Notes: generated by a model not told the origin, from the letters alone. DNA of 32,000 nt from Pseudodesulfovibrio mercurii (GCF_000189295.2 NC_016803.1:2820001-2852000); one strand, 5' to 3'; positions 15,589 to 23,154 are shown, counted from the first letter of the stretch. Program-made: numbers and translations.

Positions 15589-16157
15589 CCGAGACCCTGG
15601 AAGAGAAGGTCGCCCGCGTCCTGCGGGACCGCATCAGGCTGGTCCCCCCGGACCCGGCCTGGCCGCGCCTGTTCGAGGAGGAGAAGGCACGGTTGCTCGC
15701 CTGCCTGCCCGAGGGGCTGGTCGTGCGCGTGGAGCACTTCGGCAGCACCGCCATCCCCGGCATCTGGGCCAAGCCCGTGGTGGACGTGCTCGTGGAGGTC
15801 GCGGACCTGGACCGGGCCCGGCGCGAAGCCATGCCCATCCTGGAGGGGCAGGGCTGCGACGCGTTCTGGCGGCCCCAGCCCGAGGGGGCGACCCCGCCGC
15901 ACTATCCCTGGTTCATCCGGCGCGGGCCGATCGGCGAGCGCACCCACCACATCCACATGACCGTGGCCGACTCGACCCTGTGGGAGGGGCTGCTCTTCCG
16001 CGACCACCTCCGTGCCCATCCGGACGCGGCGGCGGACTACGAGCGGCTCAAGCGGGACCTGCTGGCCCGTTATCCCGACGACCGCGAGGCCTACACCGGG
16101 GGCAAGACCGAATTCGTGCAGCGGATCGTGGCCCTGGCCCGGGCGGCGGGCAACTGA
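15585..16157 (+). CDS. GrpB/UPF0157 family protein (nucleotidyltransferase-fold)
   Basis: 190 aa. Its ATG overlaps the HD-GYP stop (ATGA at 15585-15588). Motifs seen: VEHFGSTAIPGIWAKPVVDVLV, HHIHM, FRDHLRAHPDAAADYERLKRDLA-like tail. Confidence 0.82.
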   Translation: MTETLEEKVARVLRDRIRLVPPDPAWPRLFEEEKARLLACLPEGLVVRVEHFGSTAIPGIWAKPVVDVLVEVADLDRARREAMPILEGQGCDAFWRPQPEGATPPHYPWFIRRGPIGERTHHIHMTVADSTLWEGLLFRDHLRAHPDAAADYERLKRDLLARYPDDREAYTGGKTEFVQRIVALARAAGN

Positions 16158-16222
16158 CGGCAAGATCGTGCAAGACCGGTCGCGCCCGGTATCCTATCCT
16201 CCTGAAAAACCAAGGAGGCATC

Positions 16223-16606
16223 ATGCAACTCTTTTCCCTGTTCGATACCGGGGCCGTGATCGCGGACGGCGCGGCCAAATCCGCGGCCGACCTGCCGTGG
16301 CACCAACACCCGGCCTTTGCCGGGGTGGCCCTCAAGCACCTGCTCACCGGGGCCGAGACCGGCGGCGCCTTCAGCGTCCACCTGGTCCGGCTTGAACCCG
16401 GTTCGGAAATCGGCGACCATGTCCACGAGACCAGCTGGGAGCTGCACGAGGTGGCCTCGGGCAGCGGGGAGTGCCTGCTCGAAGGGCGCGCCATCCCCTA
16501 TGTGCCGGGGAGGATCGCGGTCATGCCGCTGAAGGCCGCGCACCGTGTCCGGGCCGGAGAGGACGGGCTCTGCCTACTGGCCAAATTCGTACCCGCCCTG
16601 CTCTGA
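16223..16606 (+). CDS. Cupin domain protein
   Basis: 127 aa; ATG at 16223 preceded by AAGGAGG. Cupin motif GSEIGDHVHETSWELHEV...G...P....H. Confidence 0.75.
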   Translation: MQLFSLFDTGAVIADGAAKSAADLPWHQHPAFAGVALKHLLTGAETGGAFSVHLVRLEPGSEIGDHVHETSWELHEVASGSGECLLEGRAIPYVPGRIAVMPLKAAHRVRAGEDGLCLLAKFVPALL

Positions 16607-16618
16607 CAGAGGACGTTC

Positions 16619-17422
16619 ATGGCCGACCGCAGCACCGAATACCGCGAGATACCGGGCCTGAAAGGGGTCGGCGTGGTCCGCCACGCGGGCCCGCCGCCGA
16701 CCACCGCGCGCCACGCCCACCGGTCCGTGTGCGTGGGCGCGGTCCTGTCCGGGGTGCGGGCCATCGAGACGCCTGACGGCCGCCGCGAGGCCTCGGCCGG
16801 GCAGGTCCTGGTCATCCCCTCCGGGCTGGCCCACGCCTGCCCGGACGCCGGGGAGAGCGACTCCGTCACGGTCAGCCTGGCCCCGGCCTGTTTCGAAACC
16901 GCCGGGCTGGCCCCCTGCCTGGCCCCGGACGCCCCCTGCGTCATCGACGACCCCGCCCGGTTCGGGGACGTGCTCCGGCTGGCCGATCTGGCCCGGGGCG
17001 CGGCTTCGCACCTGGAGCGGCAGGCGGCCCTGCTCGCGGTCATGGAGCCCCTGTGCCGTGAAGGCGACCGGTCCGACGTCGACCCGGCTGAACCGGAGCG
17101 CATCGCCCTGGTCCGCCGCCACCTGGACGCGGCCTGCGCCGAGGACGTGCGGCTCGAGGACCTGGCCGGGCTCGCCGGGTGCAGCCCCTGCCGGTTGAAC
17201 CGGCTCTTTGCCCGGACCGTTGGCATGCCTCCCCACGAGTACCAGGTCCTGAGGCGGGTCGGCCTGGCCAAGGCGTGCATCCGCGGGGGGATGGGGCTGG
17301 CCGAGAGCGCGGCCGAGGCGGGGTTCTCGGACCAGAGCCACATGACCCGCTGTTTCCGCAAGGTCATGGGCATGACGCCCGGGGTTTTCGCCGCCGGGGT
17401 GTCCGCCGCGAAAAAAGGCTGA
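16619..17422 (+). CDS. AraC family transcriptional regulator (N-terminal cupin-type sensor plus C-terminal double HTH)
   Basis: 267 aa. The C-terminus LEDLAGLAGCSPCRLNRLFARTVGMPPHEYQVLRRVGLAKACI...GFSDQSHMTRCFRKVMGMTPGVF is a canonical AraC HTH_18 region. Confidence 0.9.
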   Translation: MADRSTEYREIPGLKGVGVVRHAGPPPTTARHAHRSVCVGAVLSGVRAIETPDGRREASAGQVLVIPSGLAHACPDAGESDSVTVSLAPACFETAGLAPCLAPDAPCVIDDPARFGDVLRLADLARGAASHLERQAALLAVMEPLCREGDRSDVDPAEPERIALVRRHLDAACAEDVRLEDLAGLAGCSPCRLNRLFARTVGMPPHEYQVLRRVGLAKACIRGGMGLAESAAEAGFSDQSHMTRCFRKVMGMTPGVFAAGVSAAKKG

Positions 17423-17559
17423 AAATCCGCTCCTCCCCTTTGTCCAGCCGGGACGGGGAGTTGCCCGCATCCCGGCCCGGAGGGCGGGGGATCGTTGCAC
17501 GATTATCGTTGACTTTTCGGGCCAGAACCTTACGTTTCCCCTCGGAGAGACCCGACCCG

Positions 17560-18435
17560 ATGAAGCTTGCCCTGATCCTCGCCTGCCTTTTCGTGGCCCT
17601 CATGCCCGACCAGGCCCTTGCCTGGGGTCCCGGCGTGCACCTGGCCCTCGGCAACGCCGTGCTGGCCAACTTGGGCTGCCTGCCGCCGCTCCTGGGCGCG
17701 CTCCTCGCGCACCACCGCGACGCCTTTCTCTACGGCGCCCTGTCCGCCGACATCTTCATCGGCAAGGGCACCCGGATCAAGCCCGGCCACAGCCACAACT
17801 GGGTGACCGGCTTCAAGCTCCTCCGCTCCGCCCCGACCCCGCGCGTCACGGCCTACGCCTACGGCTACCTGACCCACCTGGCCGCCGACGTGGTCGCCCA
17901 CAACTATTTCGTGCCCAACGCCCTGGCCGCCATCAAGTCCGGCTCCAACCTGTCCCACGTCTACGTGGAGGCCCAGGCCGACCGCCGCTTCCGGACCGAG
18001 CAGGAGACCGCGCTCAACCTGCTGCGCATGCCCAACCGCGCCCAGGACGACAGCCTGCTCCTGGCCATGGACCGCCGCCGCCTGCCCTTCCTGGTCAAGA
18101 AGCAGCTGCTCAAGGGCAGCCTGTCCGTGACCGGCCGCAAGTCCTGGACCGGCTCCCTGCGCCTGGCCGAACGGCTGCTTCACTCCGCACGGGTCAACCG
18201 CCAGCTCGACGACATGTTCTCCCTGTCCGAAAACCTGGTCTTCGATTTTCTCAACGGACCGGATCGCTCCCCGGCCGTGGCCTTCGACCCCATCGGCAGC
18301 GGCAACCTCCGCCGTGTGCGCGACCTGCGCCTGCAACGCCGGACCGCCGGACCGTTCCTCCCGGACGAATCCCTGCTGTCCATCCCGCGTCCCGCCGTGG
18401 ACCGGAACAACGCCCTGGCCCGTGTCGGGGGCTGA
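17560..18435 (+). CDS. Secreted zinc-dependent phospholipase C-like family protein
   Basis: ORF 17179..18435; preferred start is the ATG at 17560. The signal peptide MKLALILACLFVALMPDQALA is followed by WGPGVH. Later motifs are GALSADIF, GHSHNW and YLTHLAADVVAHNYF (His/Asp metal-ligand-like). Confidence 0.7.
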   Translation: MKLALILACLFVALMPDQALAWGPGVHLALGNAVLANLGCLPPLLGALLAHHRDAFLYGALSADIFIGKGTRIKPGHSHNWVTGFKLLRSAPTPRVTAYAYGYLTHLAADVVAHNYFVPNALAAIKSGSNLSHVYVEAQADRRFRTEQETALNLLRMPNRAQDDSLLLAMDRRRLPFLVKKQLLKGSLSVTGRKSWTGSLRLAERLLHSARVNRQLDDMFSLSENLVFDFLNGPDRSPAVAFDPIGSGNLRRVRDLRLQRRTAGPFLPDESLLSIPRPAVDRNNALARVGG

Positions 18436-18459
18436 CCCATCGCGGAACCGGCTCCTTCG

Positions 18460-18488
18460 TTTCCTTTCGGCCGCCCTTTTGCTATACT
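18460..18488 (+). promoter_or_regulatory. Candidate sigma70-type extended -10 promoter for the downstream sensor kinase
   Basis: TTTCCT (18460-18465), a 17-nt spacer, then TATACT (18483-18488), with TG at 18480-18481. The ATG lies 38 nt downstream of the -10. A near-identical architecture occurs at 23106-23134. Confidence 0.35.
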
Positions 18489-18525
18489 GGGGGCCACGCG
18501 GCCCGATCCCCGGCCGTGACAACGG

Positions 18526-20832
18526 ATGGCTGTTTCCATGCTCAGACGCATCACCTTTCTGATCCCGCCCATCATCGGCCTCATGGTCGCCGTCATGGTT
18601 TATGTCGGCTACCGTGCGGATCAGGACAATCACGGCCAGAAGGTCCGCGCCCAGGTGGTCCAGGCCCTCAACGAGGCCAAGGCCGGTCTGGATTCGGCCA
18701 TCGGCTCGGGCATCCACCTGGCCAGCGCCATGGAGGCCTTCCTCAAGGTCAACCCGGACCCGAGCCAGGCCCAGTTCGCGGTCCTGGCGGACGCCCTGCT
18801 GGTGAACATGTCCGCCGTGCGCTCCCTCCAGCTGGCCCGGAACGACGTCATCTCCCACGCCTACCCCTCCTGGAGCGCGGGCAAGGGATTCGGCCGCTCC
18901 CTGGCCCAGACCGGCCCCGTGGCCGTGCGCAGCCTGCTCAAGCGGGCCAAGTCCACAGGGCGGCGGCAGATCCTGGCCCTGGACGAACGCGCCCCGGACA
19001 TGGACGAGATCGTCATCCTGGCCCCGGTCTTCCTGCCCGACAAGGCGCTCCCGGCGAGCTACTGGGGCATGATCAGCGTCCACCTCGACGGTCCGGCCCT
19101 GTTCCGCAACGTGGGTATCGGCGTGCCCGGCGACGTGCTTCTGGCCCTGCGCGAGAAGATTTCCGAGGAGGACCGTGAACCCATGCTCGCGGGCGACCCC
19201 GTGGTCTTCGACATGGACCCGGTCGTCCGCATCATCCACGTGCCCTCGGGCGAATGGCTCCTGGCCGCGGCGCCGAGCGGCGGCTGGGGCGGCTCGCCCA
19301 ACCGCAACGCCATCCTCGGCTTCGGCCTCCTGGCCATCGTCGTCCTGCCCATGAGCCTCTGGGCCCTGGGCGTGATCCTCATGGGCCGCCTCAAGGACCG
19401 CGAGCGCTATTACCAGCTCGTGCACAGCGCCAAGTCCATCATCATCCGCATCAACATGGCCGGCGACATCGTCTTCTGCAACGAGTACGCCGAGGACTTC
19501 TACGGCTACGGGCCCGGCGAACTCCTGGGCAGGCCCCTGGTCGGCACCCTGGTCCCGCGCAAGAGTCTCGAGGGGCGGTCCATGCGCCGCTACCTCGACC
19601 GGCTGCTCATGAACCCCTCGGCCCACCCGTTCAACGAGACCATGAACGTGCGCAAGAACGGCGAGATCGTCTGGGTCGCCTGGGCCAACGACTCGGTGCG
19701 CTCCAAGGACGGGACCACCGTCGGCCTGCTCTGCGTGGGCACCGACATCACCGACCGCAAGCTCATGGAAGAGGCCCTGCGCCAGCGCGAAAAGCAGTAC
19801 CGGCTGCTGGCCGAAAACGTGACCGACATCATCTGGGGGCTGGACGCGGACTACCGCTTCACCTACGTCAGCCCCTCGGACGAGGCCGTGCGCGGCTTCA
19901 AGCGGCCCGACGTCCTCGGCCGCCCCATCCGGGACTTCCTCACCCCGGCCGCCAAGACCCGCTTTCAGGACTCCCTCCGCGTGCTCGACGACCTGGCCGA
20001 GACCCAGGGCCAGCTCGCCTCCATCACCGAAGACCTCGAATTCACCTGCGCGGACGGCTCCTCGGTCTGGCTCGAATCGCACCTGGGCATCCTCTTCTCG
20101 GAAGAGGGCGAACGCATCGGTCTCCAGGGGGTCAGCCGCGACATCACGGACCGCAAGCGGGCCGAGGCCCTGCGCGAGGACATGGAACGCATGGCCCGCC
20201 ACGACCTCAAGACCCCGCTCGGCGCGGTCATCGGCCTGCCCGACGAGATCCGGCGTCACGGCAACCTCGACGCCTCCCAGGAGGCCATGCTGGCCACCAT
20301 CGAGAGCGCGGGCACGACCATGCTTGAGCTGATCAACCGCTCCCTGGACCTCTACAAGATGGAATGCGGCACCTACGTCCTCGACCGCACCACCGTGGAC
20401 GTCCTCGACGTCCTCGAACAGATCAAGGCCGAATGCCTGCCGCACATCATCGAAAAGGGCATCAGCGTGGGCATCGAGGTGCGCGGCGGCGAGGCGGACG
20501 GCACCCTGCCCGTGTCCGCCGACGCCGAGCTCTTCCGCTCCATGCTCTGCAACCTCGCCACCAACGCCCTGGAGGCCTCCCCGGAATCCGGCTCCGTGTC
20601 CATCGTCCTCGAAAGGACCGACCACCTGACCATCACCATCCGCAATCAGGGCGAAGTGCCCCTGTCCGTGCGCGAGACCTTCTTCGACAAATACTCCACC
20701 TCCAGCCCCGCCCGCGGTTCCGGACTCGGCACCTACTCCGCCCGGCTCATCGCCCGCACCCACGGCGGGGACATCGCCGTCGAAACCGGCACTCCCGGCG
20801 AGACGAGCGTCATCGTCACCCTGCCGCAGTAG
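18526..20832 (+). CDS. Sensor histidine kinase (periplasmic sensor domain, two PAS domains, HisKA, HATPase_c)
   Basis: - 768 aa.
- TM1 (ITFLIPPIIGLMVAVMVYVGY), then a ~250-aa periplasmic region (CHASE-like; uncertain).
- TM2 (ILGFGLLAIVVLPMSLWALGVILMG).
- PAS (IVFCNEYAEDFYGYGPGELLGRP) and PAS (FTYVSPSDEAVRGF).
- H-box MARHDLKTPLGAVIG, N-box LATNALEAS and G-box GSGLGTY. Confidence 0.92.
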   Translation: MAVSMLRRITFLIPPIIGLMVAVMVYVGYRADQDNHGQKVRAQVVQALNEAKAGLDSAIGSGIHLASAMEAFLKVNPDPSQAQFAVLADALLVNMSAVRSLQLARNDVISHAYPSWSAGKGFGRSLAQTGPVAVRSLLKRAKSTGRRQILALDERAPDMDEIVILAPVFLPDKALPASYWGMISVHLDGPALFRNVGIGVPGDVLLALREKISEEDREPMLAGDPVVFDMDPVVRIIHVPSGEWLLAAAPSGGWGGSPNRNAILGFGLLAIVVLPMSLWALGVILMGRLKDRERYYQLVHSAKSIIIRINMAGDIVFCNEYAEDFYGYGPGELLGRPLVGTLVPRKSLEGRSMRRYLDRLLMNPSAHPFNETMNVRKNGEIVWVAWANDSVRSKDGTTVGLLCVGTDITDRKLMEEALRQREKQYRLLAENVTDIIWGLDADYRFTYVSPSDEAVRGFKRPDVLGRPIRDFLTPAAKTRFQDSLRVLDDLAETQGQLASITEDLEFTCADGSSVWLESHLGILFSEEGERIGLQGVSRDITDRKRAEALREDMERMARHDLKTPLGAVIGLPDEIRRHGNLDASQEAMLATIESAGTTMLELINRSLDLYKMECGTYVLDRTTVDVLDVLEQIKAECLPHIIEKGISVGIEVRGGEADGTLPVSADAELFRSMLCNLATNALEASPESGSVSIVLERTDHLTITIRNQGEVPLSVRETFFDKYSTSSPARGSGLGTYSARLIARTHGGDIAVETGTPGETSVIVTLPQ

Positions 20833-20849
20833 CTGGTATTGGGGGGGGG

Positions 20850-21096
20850 CGCGGCTTCCGATAGCGGGCCATCCGCACATTTTTTCCGGGGGGCTTTCAT
20901 CCTCACGTAGACGGCTATCGCTGCTGTCGTCATCTCTAAGACCGAGCAAGCTCGGCCTAAGAGCTGAGGCACGCTGCGGTGAAAGCCCCTCGGAAGAAAA
21001 TGTACGGCTGACCCACTCTCGAAAGCCTGACGACGTGCGAGCGCGGGGGAGAGAGCCGCTGTCGGGTGCTGCCCACCCGAATCGCTCCAAGGGGGG
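20850..21096 (-). repeat. Intergenic repeat family F3, copy b (inverted relative to copy a)
   Basis: The reverse complement aligns block-wise with 5695-5952. An internal imperfect inverted repeat pairs ccgcacattttttccggggggctttca (20873-20899) with tgaaagcccctcggaagaaaatgtacgg (20980-21007). Confidence 0.75.
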
Positions 21097-21147
21097 ACAG
21101 GTCCGGTTGGCGGGCGGCGGCAGAGGGGTATGTCTCAGGGCGTAAGC

Positions 21148-21386
21148 GTCTTCCCAAAAACAACTCCGCGATTTCGGGCGGGGGAAACGGCGCACGGCGT
21201 TTCGTGAAGCGGCACAGATTCTCACCCGTTTTTCCCGGACGAAATCGCACACCGGCACGGCGGAAGGCATCCCGCACCGGCCGTCCGCCGCCGCACCCCG
21301 AGCATAGCGAGGCGATGGGATTCTCAAGGCCCTCGGCCTTGAGCGGGCCCAGGGCGGCGCCCTGGCCGCCGGAGGCATTCCCAACA
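21148..21386 (+). repeat. Intergenic repeat family F2, copy b
   Basis: Same module order and orientation as 10425-10655, ending in ccgccggaggcattcc (21367-21382). The hairpin arms are more degenerate than in copy a. Confidence 0.75.
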
Positions 21387-21444
21387 TGAAGGCCCGCCCC
21401 GGAGAACCGGAGCGGGCCTTTGCCGTGTGACTGGGCAGGGGGGG

Positions 21445-22020
21445 TTAGTCGTTCAGCTTGTGCATGAGCCAGGCCATGTTCTCGCCGAGGATGTCCATGG
21501 TCAGCATGCCTTCCTCGTCCTTGAGGACATCGCCCTTTTCGCGGCCGAAGCCCATGTTCCAGTAGCGGGAGCCGGGCACGACCATCTGCTGGATGAAGAA
21601 GAAGGAGTTGATGGTGTTGAAGGTCTGCATGGCCCCGCCCCGGCGGGCGGCGACGATGGCCGCGCCGACCTTGCGGGCGAACATGGAGCCGTTGACCAGG
21701 CCGACCATGCCGGCGCGGTCGATGAGCGCGCTCATTTCGGTGGTGATGGTCGCGAAGTAGGTGGGCGAGGCGAGCAGGATGCCGTCGGCCGCGTCCATGG
21801 CCTCGATGCACTCGTTCAGGAAGTCGTTCTTGACGGCGCAGCGGCGGTCCTTGTTTTCCGCGCACTTGTAGCAGGCGATGCAGCCGTGCATCTTCTTGCC
21901 CGCCAGTTCGATCATTTCGGTCTCGATGCCTTGGGCCTCGAGTTTGGCGAGGGCGCGTTTGATCATGTCGGCGGTGTTGCCGCCCTTGCGCGCGGAGCCG
22001 TTGAATGCGACGACTTTCAT
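21445..22020 (-). CDS. Iron-sulfur flavoprotein / NADPH-dependent FMN reductase family (flavodoxin-like fold)
   Basis: ORF 21445..22257. Preferred start is the ATG at 22020 (MKVVAFNGSARKGGNT) with AGGAGA upstream. It has the compact cysteine motif CIACYKCAENKDRRC (CX2CX2CX7C) and ILLASPTYF. Confidence 0.82.
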   Translation of the reverse strand: MKVVAFNGSARKGGNTADMIKRALAKLEAQGIETEMIELAGKKMHGCIACYKCAENKDRRCAVKNDFLNECIEAMDAADGILLASPTYFATITTEMSALIDRAGMVGLVNGSMFARKVGAAIVAARRGGAMQTFNTINSFFFIQQMVVPGSRYWNMGFGREKGDVLKDEEGMLTMDILGENMAWLMHKLND

Positions 22021-22028
22021 GGTTTCTC

Positions 22029-22538
22029 CTAGTAGGTGTTGTAGTGGATGCGGTCCGCGTTGAAGCGGCTTTCGGATTTGGGTCGCTGGGCGGGCCACCC
22101 GATGGGGGCGAAGCCGAGCGGCATGACGTGGTCCGGAATGTTGAACATGGCCCGGTACCCGGTTATGCGGTCTTCCTTGGGATAGATGCCGGTCCAGACC
22201 GCGCCCAGGCCCAGGGCGTGCACGGCCAGGAGCAGGTTTTCCATGGCCGCGGCGCAATCCTGGACCCAGTAGCCCGGATATTTCTCCTTGCTCAGGTCGC
22301 CGCAGACGATGATGCCCACCTGGGCCTGCAGGACCATCTGGACGTAGGGGTGCAGGTTGACCATGGCGTCGAGCCGGGCCCGCTCGTTGACCACGATGAA
22401 CTGCCAGGGCTGGCCGTTGCCCGCGCTGGGGGCCATCATGGCCGCTTCCAGGATCTGGCGGACCATCTCCTCGGGCACGGGCCTGTCTTCGAATTTTCGG
22501 ACGCTGCGCCGGGTGCGCAGGGCTTCCAGGGTATCCAT
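22029..22538 (-). CDS. Nitroreductase family protein
   Basis: 169 aa. The N-terminus is LRTRRSVRKFEDRPVPEEMV..ILEAAMMAPSAGNGQPWQFIVV. It lies 8 nt upstream of the flavoprotein gene. Confidence 0.88.
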   Translation of the reverse strand: MDTLEALRTRRSVRKFEDRPVPEEMVRQILEAAMMAPSAGNGQPWQFIVVNERARLDAMVNLHPYVQMVLQAQVGIIVCGDLSKEKYPGYWVQDCAAAMENLLLAVHALGLGAVWTGIYPKEDRITGYRAMFNIPDHVMPLGFAPIGWPAQRPKSESRFNADRIHYNTY

Positions 22539-22699
22539 TTCGTCCTCCTGGTTGGGGGTGCGTGGCGTTTGTTTACCTTCTTCATGTTCTCTGCTAATGG
22601 AGAGAAAATATCAAGTACGCACTTCAAAGTTCTATAGTAACCAAAAATATACCAGCGGGCCCGCGACGCCGGGAGCGGCGCGGGCGAGGAGCGAGGATC

Positions 22700-23080
22700 A
22701 TGGACGAGGCGTGTCCCCTGAAGGTCTGCGGCGACAAGAAATACTATTGCAGCATGGAGCTGACCCTCCAGGTCATCGGCGGCAAGTGGAAGCCGATCAT
22801 CATCCACCGGCTGGGCACCGAGGGCGTCCTGCGCTTCAGCGAGGTCAGGCGGTCCATTCCGAACATCACCCAGAAGATGCTCACCCAGCAGCTGCGCGAG
22901 CTGGAGGCGGACGGCATGGTCCGGCGCGAGGTCTATGCCCAGGTGCCGCCCAAGGTGGAATATTCCCTGACCGAACTCGGGGAGAGCATCATGCCGGTCA
23001 TCGGCAGCCTGTGCCGCTGGGGCGAGAGCTATGCCCAGTGGCACGCCCGGCGGCTGCCGGACCAGGCCGAGGCGGTCTAG
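22700..23080 (+). CDS. HxlR family winged-helix transcriptional regulator
   Basis: 126 aa. Strings seen: CSMELTLQVIGGKWKPIIIHRL, RFSEVRRSIPNITQKMLTQQLRELEADGMVRREVY..VPPKVEYSLTELG. It is divergent from the nitroreductase operon. Confidence 0.9.
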   Translation: MDEACPLKVCGDKKYYCSMELTLQVIGGKWKPIIIHRLGTEGVLRFSEVRRSIPNITQKMLTQQLRELEADGMVRREVYAQVPPKVEYSLTELGESIMPVIGSLCRWGESYAQWHARRLPDQAEAV

Positions 23081-23105
23081 CGGCCGGTACTTTCCCCACT
23101 TTTCC

Positions 23106-23134
23106 TTTCCACCCGGCAGCCCCTTTGCTATGAT
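23106..23134 (+). promoter_or_regulatory. Candidate sigma70-type extended -10 promoter for the Hpt gene
   Basis: TTTCCA (23106-23111), a 17-nt spacer, then TATGAT (23129-23134), with TG at 23126-23127. The ATG lies 21 nt downstream. Confidence 0.35.
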
Positions 23135-23154
23135 GGAAAAAGGGGGAAACGGGA

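Noticed and set aside
17530-21387. A 1285-aa ORF on the minus strand, spanning the phospholipase-like gene, the kinase gene and the repeat region
   Set aside because: - It is antisense to two genes with strong domain signatures.
- Its translation is low-complexity Gly/Ala/Asp/His/Val/Arg-rich (for example GHGAGFRGGLQGVGGEV), typical of stop-free antisense frames in high-GC DNA.
- It has no recognisable motifs and runs straight through intergenic repeats.
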